Positions 36,575 through 47,312 of a stretch of 64,000 bases of DNA are shown here, one piece after another. The position numbers and the translations under genes were made by a program. Numbering within the stretch: position 1 is the stretch's first letter; each line of letters starts with the position of its first letter. The stretch is from a bacterium (GTDB lineage: Bacteria; Armatimonadota; Zipacnadia; Zipacnadales; Zipacnadaceae): the NCBI GenBank assembly GCA_030615605.1, contig JAUWYY010000008.1, positions 26,323 through 90,322 on the forward strand, given 5' to 3'. The notes beneath the pieces are model-generated. The model was not told the DNA's origin and did no database searches. It saw only the letters and a list, made by a program, of their open reading frames with translations.

Positions 36575-38839
36575 ATGCTGGTGCGACGCTCTGAATGGCG
36601 TATCGTCGGATGCATGCTTGCATTTGGCCTGGTCGCCGTTGCCGCGTACGCTGAAGGCGGCGGTGCCAAGCAGGATACAGCGCGGCTGCTGGTTGCCTGC
36701 GGATTGCAGGAAGTCAGCTTCGAGCGTCAGAACAACGAGCTATCCATCACATACGCCTTCAGCGAGCAGTTCTCAGACAAACTCGCACTTGCCCTGGTGG
36801 CTGTTGGAAGCCAGGATATCGTCGGTGGCTGCGACAAAGTCTGTGTCATCGCCCAGCGCGATGACCGGCGCTTTCTCGAGTTCTCCACCAGCCCTTCCGG
36901 TTTAATGCACTTCGCGGAGAGGAATGCCGGATCCGAGGCTATGGCGGAGGCCAACAGGCTCCTGCAGCAAGCGGCATCCGCCGCCAACGCACCGCAGATT
37001 GGGCAACCCGATGAATCCGGGTACCAGACGCCCCAAGCCGGGTCTGCCCCACTCCCCACAGCCAACGAACCACCGAGCCTGCAACCTGGCTTCGCCTCAG
37101 AGCTGGGACAAGCCCTTGTTCGGGTGGGACTGGAAAACGTCGCAGTAAGCCTGCTCGACTCCGGCCAGGTAGCCGTAGAATATGAAAACCGTACCTACCG
37201 CAGCGATACAGAGGCACTGAGCACAGCAGCGCAGATTGCTTCTCAGCATTGTCCGGTAGGCACGGTTTTGTATCTGACGGCCAAGCGCGACGACATACCC
37301 GTCATCAGCGTCATCACGAAAGCCAGGGATTCTCAGCAATTGCCCGGGCCCGGCACTGTTCCGGAGGGACTGAGAGAAACTCGTCCGACGGCGCCCGATA
37401 GCGCGGTGGCCGACAGCACCGGACTGCTGAACGAAAGCTTTGGCCGCTTTGATCTGAGCTTCCGGCCGGCGCTGATCTATGAGATCGGTAACTGGCGGCG
37501 TCCGGTCATTACTGACTGGTTCGCCCTGCCTCAGCTTACCACCACCATTGCGCCGGGCTGGCGCATGTCGCTGCAGGGCAGCCTGCAAGCCGACAACCCA
37601 GGCGCACACTTGAGTCACGCCTTGCTGACCAAGACCGGGCGACTGGAGGGCGGTCGAGTGCTCTGGACTGCCAGCATGGGCCGATTCGACACCCGCCTGC
37701 GCGGGGTCTTTGGGGAAGCCCAGTTAGAGCTGGGCGACGGCCGGGCTGGTGTGCGCCTGGCGCGAGTGGGCCGTGACGACTGGGACTTTGACATTCCCAT
37801 GTGGCTCGGCTACTACGAGCATGAGTTCGGCGATCTCGGACTTACCCTGCGGGCTACCGGCGGGCAGTTTGCCGACTACATAGAGCCCACTGGCCTGGTC
37901 GAGCTGAATCGACGTTTCGGTGAAAGCACTTTCAGGGCGGGCATAACAGTTCATTCGCCGGTGCGCGAAGGAATCGTGCGGGTGACCGTACCGTTTGGCC
38001 CGCGCCGGGTTGACGACCCCCGGCCCCTGCGGCTGCGCACCTCTGACTACCTGGCTCTCAGTTATTTCACCGATAGGGGGACGCCCGGGACAGAGATGTT
38101 ACGGGGAGATCATGACCTGCGCGCCTTCCGCGACGAATTAACCGGACCATACCTGACCGCTGACTCCCACCGTCAGGCAGGCCAACACCGGGCTATGTCC
38201 GGACAGACCTGGAACCCGGGGCCCTCCCACGAGGGCATCTCCGGCTTGATCCGCATACCGACAGCCGATGTGATCCCCGACGGCAGCTATCGGGTGGGTG
38301 CCAGCTTCATAGATTCCGAGTACACCCGAGGAGCTTATACCGGCCGAAGTGATATGATTCCCACCTTTGTCAACGTGGGGCTGCTCCCTGGCCTGGAGCT
38401 GGGCTTCCGGCTCAGCATATTCCCTGATGTCGAGCCACTCCGGTTCCCCAATTGGCACTACAGCACCGACCGCAGCGTCTTTGCCCACTATCAACTCTGG
38501 CCGCAGCACGGTAATCTCCCCGCTGTTGCCATTGGTGCCCAGGATATCAGCTTTCGCGATGACGCTGAGGTCGTCGGCCGCGCCGAATACATTGTGGCAA
38601 CCCAGCAACTGGGTGACCTCCGCATACACCTGGGCCGAGGCACGAAGCGGCTTAGCGGACTGTTCGGCGGGGCTGAATACCGCCTCTCCCCAACCCTGGC
38701 GATAATCGGGGAATACGACACCGACTGGTTCAACTACGGGCTGCGTGCCGCTCCGAATCGCTCGTGGCGGGTGGATCTGGCGCTGACCGACTCTCGCGCG
38801 ATTGGCGGGGCAATCAGCTACCTCGGCATCTTTCCGTAG
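36575..38839 (+). CDS. YjbH/GfcD-like outer-membrane beta-barrel protein
   Basis: Signal peptide; GLENVAV/EYENRTY segment; GISGLIRIPTAD...PAVAIGAQD...EYIVA...LFGGAEY...EYD...NYG segment typical of YjbH. Confidence 0.75.
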   Translation: MLVRRSEWRIVGCMLAFGLVAVAAYAEGGGAKQDTARLLVACGLQEVSFERQNNELSITYAFSEQFSDKLALALVAVGSQDIVGGCDKVCVIAQRDDRRFLEFSTSPSGLMHFAERNAGSEAMAEANRLLQQAASAANAPQIGQPDESGYQTPQAGSAPLPTANEPPSLQPGFASELGQALVRVGLENVAVSLLDSGQVAVEYENRTYRSDTEALSTAAQIASQHCPVGTVLYLTAKRDDIPVISVITKARDSQQLPGPGTVPEGLRETRPTAPDSAVADSTGLLNESFGRFDLSFRPALIYEIGNWRRPVITDWFALPQLTTTIAPGWRMSLQGSLQADNPGAHLSHALLTKTGRLEGGRVLWTASMGRFDTRLRGVFGEAQLELGDGRAGVRLARVGRDDWDFDIPMWLGYYEHEFGDLGLTLRATGGQFADYIEPTGLVELNRRFGESTFRAGITVHSPVREGIVRVTVPFGPRRVDDPRPLRLRTSDYLALSYFTDRGTPGTEMLRGDHDLRAFRDELTGPYLTADSHRQAGQHRAMSGQTWNPGPSHEGISGLIRIPTADVIPDGSYRVGASFIDSEYTRGAYTGRSDMIPTFVNVGLLPGLELGFRLSIFPDVEPLRFPNWHYSTDRSVFAHYQLWPQHGNLPAVAIGAQDISFRDDAEVVGRAEYIVATQQLGDLRIHLGRGTKRLSGLFGGAEYRLSPTLAIIGEYDTDWFNYGLRAAPNRSWRVDLALTDSRAIGGAISYLGIFP

Positions 38840-39084
38840 GGAAACGGTTAGTGCCCCCAGAGAGTCAACAGCCGCAACATATTCAAAGCAATTACCTACC
38901 GTCGCGTCTCCGGCCTAACGCTGACTACTGGGAGGGCAAAGCCAACAGCCGCTGCGCTTCCCCACAGCGCAAGCACCCGTTCAAACAACATTTCGTCGGC
39001 TTCTGCCTTCTTCACACAATACTCGAACAAGCCTGCTTTGGCTTACCCAATCATCGAGAAAATGGCTGCGCTAATCGTACTTCC

Positions 39085-41106
39085 CTATATGCCGATATCT
39101 ATCATATTGCCGGTGTGCCCGGTCAGTTGGTCTATTACCAGCCATAGAGTTGTGGAGACATAGTATCCGCATATTAGTCCCAGGAAGACGGGCCGCAGGC
39201 GCTGGTAGCACTTCATACCGCCATAACGCAGCGCCAGGCCCTTCACCAACCACGCCACAAAGCAGGTAAACCACAGCCAATCCATACCGCCTATGCCCCC
39301 CAGGGCAAAGCCTATCGGATGAAAGGGCCACCACAGGAAGCGGAAGCGCATTGCCACCAGACTAACGTATATGGCTGCCCCCAACCCGGTGAGCAGGTGT
39401 CCGGTCAGACTGGGACCAGGACGCCTGGCGACCCAGTCAGCCGCCCAGGCAAGATGACGCTGGGGGCCCCGTACGAACGCCCAACTGCTTGCGCCGCCCA
39501 TCATACTCACTGCGCCCTGGTGATAGCCAGTTCGCGTCGTTATCCACATCGAGGAGAACAGTGCCACCAAAAAGGCTATCCCAAACGCCCACAGCAGTCG
39601 CGGCTGCTTATCAGTGATGACCTGGGCCATCTTTAGAGTGTGGGCCACCGGAGTCATCACATACTGGCGACTGTCACTCGCCCATACATGAGCCATTAGT
39701 AGAGCCACTATTCCCCTGTTCCCCAGGGGTCCCCATCCCAACCAGCCGGCTACCACCGTCGCCGACCCGTACGGCGCCCATATCTCGGGCAAGCCACTTT
39801 CGGCGATGATTCGGGTCAGTCCGACGATGGCCACAAAGCCTATCACCAACAGGAATACCACTCCGATTACCGACAGCCCCGACATAACCAGCCACCAAGC
39901 CATTACAATCACGCAGCCTATCAATAGCCAGAAGGCGACTCGATAGGACAGCATTTCTCCGCTGTCGCCGCCGGGATCACCTTGCCCCCTCGCTTCCGCC
40001 CAGATGTCCTTGAAGTGCCGGCGCGCCACCCACAGACCCGAGCCAACCAACGCGAGGAACGCTCCGGCACCAAGGTACCGGAATATGGGGGTGCGTGCCC
40101 CTTGCTCACCTAGATTCTCAGTACTAGCGATGCCCAGGACATTAAGTATGGCTGAGACGAGCTGTTGGAGGAGATTGAAGAACCACAGACTGAAGTTGAC
40201 GTCTAGGCTAACCAGATAGAGAAAGCCAAGTATCGGCAGGCTGATCCAGAAGGCGAACACTGCTTGCGGCAATAGTGGCGCGTCTAACATTATGCCCGTT
40301 GCGCGAATGCCGGGAAAAGAGGGAAAATAGTAGACCAGGCCTTTGGAACTGGTGACCAGCAGTGAGATGCCAAAACCTACCCAAAACAACCCCCGCGAAA
40401 GTATCACCGGGCGGCCTCCGCTCTCGGCTCCTCCCAGCGCCAGCGGCAGGTAGGCAAGTGGATAGACCAGGTGTTCATTCTCCACCCATTGCTTGCGCAA
40501 CAACACTGCCATGCAAACCATAGCCAGGTGCAAGCAGAGCAAAAACACCAACCATGCCCCCAACGCCGGCAGCCAAGCCACCCACGGAACCTGAGCCCCG
40601 GGCGGCAAGCCCTCATACAGATGCGTTATCACTGGGGCGTTTTGCGCCGCTCCCCGCGGACTCAGCCATGGTGGGAGATGAGGGAGTATGGTCTCGGCCC
40701 ATTTGTTTTCCGGGCTGGCGTAGTAATAGGGTGCAGTGATCCACGGTACCAAGTAGTCGGTCAGCCCCGTCGTCACAATGGTCGAAGCTACTGCCATCAT
40801 ACCGAAGATGACCACAATCTCGGCAGTAGTCAGTGCCAGCAGCTTGCGGAAGCGCAATAGCACTAGATTAGGTCCGGCAACTAAGAAAAACGTCAGCGCC
40901 ACGGCAAATGGCCAGGTCGGGTACATGGTCATATACGAGCCATGCAGGCCGTGCTCGGCATAGGGTCCGGCCAGACCAATGGCCAGCGCCCCTACTGCCC
41001 CAATAACCAGCGAACGCCTCGTTACAGCACGAGGGCCGTCGTCGGGCTCTGCTGAGCGTCCCAATGTGCCACGTTCTTTGTCGCGCGTGCTTGGAGTCAC
41101 TTGCAT
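39085..41106 (-). CDS. DUF6785/DUF6784-type polytopic membrane protein (putative transporter), copy 1
   Basis: RKQWVENEHL.YP, RIIAESG, WWPFHPIG...LRYGG...LRPVFLGLI.G motifs; many TM helices. Confidence 0.8.
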   Translation of the reverse strand: MQVTPSTRDKERGTLGRSAEPDDGPRAVTRRSLVIGAVGALAIGLAGPYAEHGLHGSYMTMYPTWPFAVALTFFLVAGPNLVLLRFRKLLALTTAEIVVIFGMMAVASTIVTTGLTDYLVPWITAPYYYASPENKWAETILPHLPPWLSPRGAAQNAPVITHLYEGLPPGAQVPWVAWLPALGAWLVFLLCLHLAMVCMAVLLRKQWVENEHLVYPLAYLPLALGGAESGGRPVILSRGLFWVGFGISLLVTSSKGLVYYFPSFPGIRATGIMLDAPLLPQAVFAFWISLPILGFLYLVSLDVNFSLWFFNLLQQLVSAILNVLGIASTENLGEQGARTPIFRYLGAGAFLALVGSGLWVARRHFKDIWAEARGQGDPGGDSGEMLSYRVAFWLLIGCVIVMAWWLVMSGLSVIGVVFLLVIGFVAIVGLTRIIAESGLPEIWAPYGSATVVAGWLGWGPLGNRGIVALLMAHVWASDSRQYVMTPVAHTLKMAQVITDKQPRLLWAFGIAFLVALFSSMWITTRTGYHQGAVSMMGGASSWAFVRGPQRHLAWAADWVARRPGPSLTGHLLTGLGAAIYVSLVAMRFRFLWWPFHPIGFALGGIGGMDWLWFTCFVAWLVKGLALRYGGMKCYQRLRPVFLGLICGYYVSTTLWLVIDQLTGHTGNMIDIGI

Positions 41107-41381
41107 TATCTCTTTGTCTCACCTATATACGTGGACAGGCATAGTTTCAGGTCAAACAGTCACAACCCATCTGCTCCCCATATGCTGCCCCATTAGCGGA
41201 CATATCAAATTCCCCTTCGGTTTGTTGAATACCTCCTTCCCACAGCCACTGCGCTTCCGCACAGCGCAAGCACCCGCTCAAACAACACTTCGTCGGCTTC
41301 TGCCTTCTTCACACAATACTCGGACAAGCCTGCTTTGGCTTACCCAATCATCGAGAAAATGGCTGCGCTAACCATAGTTCC

Positions 41382-43397
41382 CTACAGGCCGACATCTATC
41401 ATATTGCCGGTGTGCCCGGTCAGTTGGTCTATTAACAGCCACAGAGTTGTGGAGACATAGTATCCGCATATTAGTCCCAGGAAGACGGGCCGCAGGCGCT
41501 GGTAGCACTTCATGCCGCCATAACGCAGTGCCAGGCCCTTCACCAGCCACGCCACAAAGCAGTCAAACCACAGCCAATCTATTGGACCTACAGTCGCCAG
41601 GGCAAAGCCTATCGGATGCAAGGGCCACCACAGGAAGCGAAAGCGCATTGCCACCAGACTAAGGTATATAGCTGCTCCCAACCCGGTGAGCAGGTGTCCG
41701 GTCAGGCTGGGACCAGGACGCCTGGTGATCCAATCAGCCGCCCAGCTCATAAAACGGCGGGGTTCGGCTGTGAACGCCGAAGCGCTTGCGCCGCCCATCA
41801 GAGTCACTGCACCCCGGTGATAAGCAGTTCGCGTCGTTAGCCATATCGAGGAAAACAATGCCACCAAAAAGGCCAACCCAAACGCCCACAGCAGTCGCCG
41901 CTGCTTATGAGTGATGACCTGGGCCATCTTTAGAGTGTGGGTCACCGGGATCATCACATTCTGACGACTATCAATGGCCCATACATGAGCCATCATTAGA
42001 GCCACTATTCCCCTGTCGCCGAGCGGCTGCCATCCCAACCAGCCGGCTATCACCGGATACCCGGACGGCGCACTGGCCCCGGCCATGCCACTTTCGGCCA
42101 TGATTCGGGTCACTCCGACGATGGCCACAAAGGCTATCACCAACAGGAACAGCATTCCGATTACTGACAGCCCCGACATAACCAGCCACCAGGCCATTAC
42201 CACCAGGCAGCCTATCAATAGCCAGAAGGCGACTCGGTAGGACAGAATCTCTCCGCTGTCGCCGCCGGGTTCACCTTGCCCCCTCGCTCGCGCCCAGATG
42301 TCCTTGAAGTGCCCGCGCGTTACCCACAGACCCGAGCCGACCAACCCGAGGAACGCTCCCGTACCTAAGTACTGGAATATGGGCGTACGCGCCCCTCCGC
42401 CCACACCTAGATTCTCAGTGCTGGTGATGCCCAGGACATTAAGTATAGCTCCGACGAGCTGTTGGAGGAGATTGAAGAACCACACACTGAAGTTGACATC
42501 CAGGTTAACCAGATAGAGAAAGCCGAGCATCTGCACGTGGATCCAGAAGGCGAACACTGCTCCCGGCAATAGTGGCGCATCTAGCATTATGCCCGTTTCC
42601 CGAATGCCGGGAAAAGAGGGAAAATAGTAGACCAGGCCTTTGGAACTGGTGACCAGCAGCGAGATGCCAAAACCTACCCAAAACAGCGCCCGGGAAAGTA
42701 TCACGGGCCGGCCTCCGCTGTCGGCTCCTCCCAGCGCCAGCGGCAGGTAGGTAAATGGATAGGTCAGGTGTTCGTTCTCCACCCATTGCTTGCGCAACAA
42801 CACTGCCATGCAGACCATAGCCAGGTGCAAGCAGAGCAAAAACACCAACCATGCTCCCAATGCCGGCAGCCAAGACACCCACGGAACCTGAGCCCCGGGC
42901 GGCAAGCCCTCATACAGATGCGTTATCAACGGGGCGTTTTGCGCCGCTCCCCGCGGACTCAGCCACGGCACGAGATGAGGTAGTACGGTCTCGGCCCATT
43001 TGTTTTCCGGGCTGGCGTAGTAATAGGGTCCAGTGATCGTCGGTACCAAGTAGTCGGTCAAGCCGGTTGTTACAACTGTCGAGGCCACCGCCATCATACC
43101 GAAGATGACGATAATCTCGGCAGTAGTCAGTGCCAGCAGCTTGCGGAAGCGCAATAACACTAGATTAGGTCCGGCAACTAAGAAAAACGTCAGCGCCACG
43201 GCAAATGGCCAGGTCGGGTACATGGTCATATACGAGCCATGCAGGCCGTGCTCGGCATAGGGTCCGCCCAGACCAACGGCCAGCGCCCCTACCGCCCCAA
43301 TAACCAGCGAACGCCTCGTTACAGCACGAGCGCGGCCGTCGGACTCTCCTGAGCATCCCAAGCTGCCACGTTCTTTGTCGCGCGTGCTTGAAGTCAC
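41382..43397 (-). CDS. DUF6785/DUF6784-type polytopic membrane protein, copy 2
   Basis: Close paralog of 39085-41106 with the same motifs. Confidence 0.8.
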   Translation of the reverse strand: MTSSTRDKERGSLGCSGESDGRARAVTRRSLVIGAVGALAVGLGGPYAEHGLHGSYMTMYPTWPFAVALTFFLVAGPNLVLLRFRKLLALTTAEIIVIFGMMAVASTVVTTGLTDYLVPTITGPYYYASPENKWAETVLPHLVPWLSPRGAAQNAPLITHLYEGLPPGAQVPWVSWLPALGAWLVFLLCLHLAMVCMAVLLRKQWVENEHLTYPFTYLPLALGGADSGGRPVILSRALFWVGFGISLLVTSSKGLVYYFPSFPGIRETGIMLDAPLLPGAVFAFWIHVQMLGFLYLVNLDVNFSVWFFNLLQQLVGAILNVLGITSTENLGVGGGARTPIFQYLGTGAFLGLVGSGLWVTRGHFKDIWARARGQGEPGGDSGEILSYRVAFWLLIGCLVVMAWWLVMSGLSVIGMLFLLVIAFVAIVGVTRIMAESGMAGASAPSGYPVIAGWLGWQPLGDRGIVALMMAHVWAIDSRQNVMIPVTHTLKMAQVITHKQRRLLWAFGLAFLVALFSSIWLTTRTAYHRGAVTLMGGASASAFTAEPRRFMSWAADWITRRPGPSLTGHLLTGLGAAIYLSLVAMRFRFLWWPLHPIGFALATVGPIDWLWFDCFVAWLVKGLALRYGGMKCYQRLRPVFLGLICGYYVSTTLWLLIDQLTGHTGNMIDVGL

Positions 43398-43693
43398 TTG
43401 TATTATCTCCTTGCCTCACCTATATATGTGGACAGCCATGATTCCACGTCAAACGGTCACAGCCCATCTGCTTCCAGTAGCCTACCCCACCAGCGGACAT
43501 ATCAAATTGCCCTTCAGTTTGTTGAATACCTCCTTCCTACAGCCGCTGCGCTTCCCCCACAGCAGCCGCGACGGGAGCTGCTTCTGTCGTGGCATGGCTG
43601 TTTTCGGAGACCCCGAGGTGAAAATGCTCAACCTCGCAACGGGCGGGCGCCTCGCTTGCTCCCGAGCGCAAAACCGGCACAGTTCTGCCGCAT

Positions 43694-43861
43694 CTACCAT
43701 ACGAAAGACTGTTCCGTAGACTTCGTTTGGTCCATCCTCTCCACCAATTCTGCAGGTAGCGGCCCTTTTGCTGCGGAGGCAACTTTAGCCTGTACCTCCG
43801 CTACCGTTCGTGGGGCAGGAATAACCGTGCTGACATCGGGATCGCTCAGCAGGTAACGCAT
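43694..43861 (-). pseudogene. C-terminal fragment of an aldo/keto reductase
   Basis: RYLLSDPDVSTVIPAPRTVAEVQAKVASAAKGPLPAELVERM matches AKR C-termini; no N-terminal part present. Confidence 0.65.
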
Positions 43862-44865
43862 GCGGGGGGATGAATCCAAGACCCGCGGTGCGTGCCTCCA
43901 CCCCTCATGTTGGAAGATCTACCAGCAGTGGCTGAAGGAGCAGTACGGCTCGATAGAAGCGCTCAACGCGTCCTGGGGATACTCCTACAGGTCCTTCGAT
44001 GAGATAAAGCCGACTGTTGGCAATGCCGATGTCCTCAACGCGAAGGAGCAGTACGGCGACATAGCGGCGCTGAACGCCACGTGGCAGACGTCCTACACAT
44101 CATTCGAAGTAGATACTCCCGAGCGTGGACTGGACCGCCGTGAACAATGAGTACGCCTTCGTACCCGCTCCGCCGAGTAAGTGGGTAGGCGATCAGTACT
44201 CGCGCAAAGAGGACGGCTACTTCGGCAAGATGAGGATCAGCTATCCCCGCTACTTCGATCGGCTAGCATTCCAATAGTGGAACTACGCCAGGCGTTGGAG
44301 GCAAATCACACAGGAACTGGATCCTCATGCGAAGGTGGAGATTTCAGCCCCGATGAGCTGCCTGGACGATGATCTGGATACCCTCGTGCATGGCACCGAC
44401 ATGATGATAGTCTACTCCCATCTGCAGATGGAAGTGCTTCGCAGCATTGCAAAGCCCGGATACCTGTTCGGCACCTGGTCGGAGTATGGTAACGATGAAT
44501 GGAACCGAAGCGCCTGGTGGCTGAGTTTCTTAAAGGATGCAAACAACACCGGCTGGTGGTATGTGCACCATTTCCTGGGATCGCATTTGGAGCCACCATC
44601 AGGCGCGCGATTCATCGACGACGCTCGCCCCGTCTTCGACAGGCTGGGCACCCTCCTGAACGTGCGCTCGAAGATCCAGCACGACGGGATCGTCATGCCG
44701 GCCTCCTTCCCTTCTGCGCAGGCGCCAAAGCTCGAGGTCGGCTACTCCTACGGCACATGGGACCCGTTCAACTCCATGGGCCACTACGACACGGGCAGTC
44801 TCCCGGGCAAGGGCATCCGACGACGTCCAGCGCCTTCGGTACTAAGGCCGATTACCAGGTTTTGA
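43860..44865 (+). pseudogene. Fragmented beta-galactosidase (GH42-like) relic
   Basis: WLKEQYGSIEALNASWG.SY.SFDEI motif; continuation in other frames with an in-frame stop (YPRYFDRLAFQ*WNY) and frameshifts. Confidence 0.65.
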
Positions 44866-45478
44866 AGGCCCGGATGGAGGCGTAGCGGGCGAGGTAGCTG
44901 CCCTCATTGGTTCGCACCCAGCGGTCAATCCACACCTGCGCGCCCTTGCGGCGGGCCAAGAAGTCATTGCGCTTGGCGCCACGGTCTTCAATGCGCCGTG
45001 CTTCCCAGCCATCGGGCAGCTCTATGAGGACATAATAGTGTGAGGGGATCAGGTTGGCCGCAGCAGTTGAGTCACTACACCCATAGCCGAAGGCGCAGGC
45101 CTCACCGAACATAAAGCCTTCCCAGGGGCCGTAACTGGTGACCCAGGCCACTCCGTCAACATTAGCCTCCTGGATCAGAGCATATTTGTACGCCTTATAC
45201 TGCCAGTCTTCCAGCTTACCGTACTCACCATTCAGGGCCTTGTGAGCCACTCTCTGAACTGGGTTCCCTGGTAGTTGTTTTCCGTCATTATTATCCACAT
45301 CGTCCCTCCGGCCAGTATCTGCTGTCGCCGACTTCTCAGACGACGTATCTTTGTCTTCACGCCCTACAACCAGGCCAGTGGTAAGCAATGCTGCCAGCGC
45401 CAGCACTACCCAGGCAAATACTGCCACAGGCGATTTGCCAGAATTCATCTGGCGCCGCCGATATTTGCTGATACTCAT
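44852..45478 (-). CDS. Membrane-anchored/secreted protein, possible 3D (double-psi barrel) domain
   Basis: N-terminal TM; VTSY...AAA..IP...IEDRGA...IDRWV resembles the 3D-domain pattern. Confidence 0.5.
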   Translation of the reverse strand: MSISKYRRRQMNSGKSPVAVFAWVVLALAALLTTGLVVGREDKDTSSEKSATADTGRRDDVDNNDGKQLPGNPVQRVAHKALNGEYGKLEDWQYKAYKYALIQEANVDGVAWVTSYGPWEGFMFGEACAFGYGCSDSTAAANLIPSHYYVLIELPDGWEARRIEDRGAKRNDFLARRKGAQVWIDRWVRTNEGSYLARYASIRAFKTW

Positions 45479-45759
45479 CGAATCACTCCTGTCGGCAAGG
45501 AAACTACCTACTTATGGTGCTAACCCAACGACGAGGCGACCGCTCTTTCGGCGATCGCCTCGCTACTGTCTCTCTATGACGGTCTGAACAGGTAAAAAGT
45601 TTCCTATCCATATTGCTCCTGCTATCAGTGGCCTGCGCTCACCAGTTGCTGCAAGGTAGCAGGAGGACGTCCGCTTCGCCGCGAATTACCAAGTCGTCGG
45701 GTCTGAGAAACATTCACGACGGAGAAGGTCTTTAGAACATTTGTTGGAGACGAATTTCT

Positions 45760-46815
45760 ATGAGATGGCAGCTCGGCTCTGACGCTCTGGTCCTGGGCAT
45801 CGAAACCTCCTGTGACGAGACCAGCGCAGCAGTGGTGCGCGCTGGACGACAGATTCTCTCGAATGTCGTAGCGACGCAGGATGACCTCCACGCTGTCTTT
45901 GGCGGAGTAGTCCCCGAGATTGCCTCCCGCCGCCATACCGAGGTCATTACCCTGATTACACACAAAGCCCTGCACCAGGCTCACGTGTCACTGGCTGAAA
46001 TTGACCTGGTAGCTGTCACCCAAGGCCCCGGCCTGATCGGTTCGCTGCTTGTCGGAGTCAGCGCCGCCAAGGGTTACGCCGCCGCCAGCGGCATCCCTCT
46101 GGTGGGGGTCAATCATCTGAAGGCTCACGTTATGTCCAACTTCATCGTTGCGCCCGGCCAACACCCGCCAGCACAGCAGCTCTTCCCTACCGTGTGTCTG
46201 CTTGCGTCGGGCGGGCATACCAGTCTCATCCTCATGCGACAATTCGGTGACTACCAATCCATCGGTCAGACGTGCGACGACGCCGCCGGGGAGGCTCTCG
46301 ACAAGGCCGCCCGCCTGCTGGAGCTGGGTTATCCGGGCGGCCCAGCTATTGAGCAGGCCGCCGCTCAGGGCGATCCCAAGGCTGTGGACCTGCCGCGGCC
46401 TCGTATTGAAGGTAGCTACGACTTCAGTTTCGCCGGTCTCAAGACAGCGCTGGCCCGCCAGGTGCGCGAAACTCCCCCGAAAACCGCTCAGCAAGTTGCT
46501 GACCTGGCCGCCAGCTTTCAGCAGGCCGTGGTAGACACGCTCGTCGCCAACCTCTCCGCGGTGATCCGGGAGCACAAGGCCAAGCAACTGATAATGGCCG
46601 GGGGCGTCGCCGCCAATCAGCATCTACGACGGAAGCTAGCCGAGGTTGCTCAGCTTCAGGAGATTCCCGTGGCCTTTCCGCCGCTCGCTCTATGCACCGA
46701 CAACGCAGCGATGATCGCCGCAGCTGGCTACTTCCAAGCTACGCGCCAAGGCCTCTCTGAGCTGGATATGGACGTATTCTCCAGCCTGCCGCTGTTACCA
46801 TGTGACCAACTTTAG
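45760..46815 (+). CDS. tsaD: tRNA N6-threonylcarbamoyltransferase
   Basis: LGIETSCDET, GGVVPEIASRRH, GPGL, NHLKAH, SGGHT, DDAAGEA, CTDNAAMIA. Confidence 0.96.
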   Translation: MRWQLGSDALVLGIETSCDETSAAVVRAGRQILSNVVATQDDLHAVFGGVVPEIASRRHTEVITLITHKALHQAHVSLAEIDLVAVTQGPGLIGSLLVGVSAAKGYAAASGIPLVGVNHLKAHVMSNFIVAPGQHPPAQQLFPTVCLLASGGHTSLILMRQFGDYQSIGQTCDDAAGEALDKAARLLELGYPGGPAIEQAAAQGDPKAVDLPRPRIEGSYDFSFAGLKTALARQVRETPPKTAQQVADLAASFQQAVVDTLVANLSAVIREHKAKQLIMAGGVAANQHLRRKLAEVAQLQEIPVAFPPLALCTDNAAMIAAAGYFQATRQGLSELDMDVFSSLPLLPCDQL

Positions 46816-47312
46816 GCACGACATACTCAATTCCAAGATTGACGATAAGCCCCAGATAGGCCCCTGCCAGTGGCATCGCATTGTGGAAAAGTCGGTTGAT
46901 AACAGGTGTATCTTGCCTGTAAATGTGGAAAGATGGCCAATTATAGGCCAATAGCAAGCTCAGTCGATCCGTCAGAATTCCCTGAGAAGGCTGAAATAAT
47001 CAGGGCGAGGAGAACCTTTTGATAGCGAAACACGTCTATACTATTGTACAAAACAAGCGAGACGCCCAACCACCCGCACCTGCGGGATAGCCAGGTCATG
47101 AGAAGGTCCCACCCTCCCTCCTTCACATGCCGCACCAACTGGGCGTCTCGCCCTCTTTTTTGCCTCGGGCAGATGATATCAATTCCTTGCTAATCTCCGC
47201 GCCACCCCAGCACAGAGGTATAGTTGCCTCAGTTACTAATACTAACTGTTGCCACACTAAACAACTTGCCAGCTCGCTCCCAAGACCACTTGACGAGGAA
47301 GGATGGCTTACA

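Larger units (their letters stand above)
38945..43563. repeat. Tandem duplication of two 2297-bp units bounded by three copies of a ~23-bp direct repeat
   Basis: acagccgctgcgcttcccacagc at 38945, variants at 41242 and 43539; both genes and their flanking intergenic DNA are near-identical. Confidence 0.93.

Noticed and set aside
45291-45299. DnaA box TTATCCACA suggesting oriC
   Set aside because: Isolated and inside a coding region; no cluster of boxes.
46816-47312. Short ORFs or N-terminal AKR extension in a lower-GC intergenic stretch
   Set aside because: No recognisable motifs; the canonical AKR start is at 47313.
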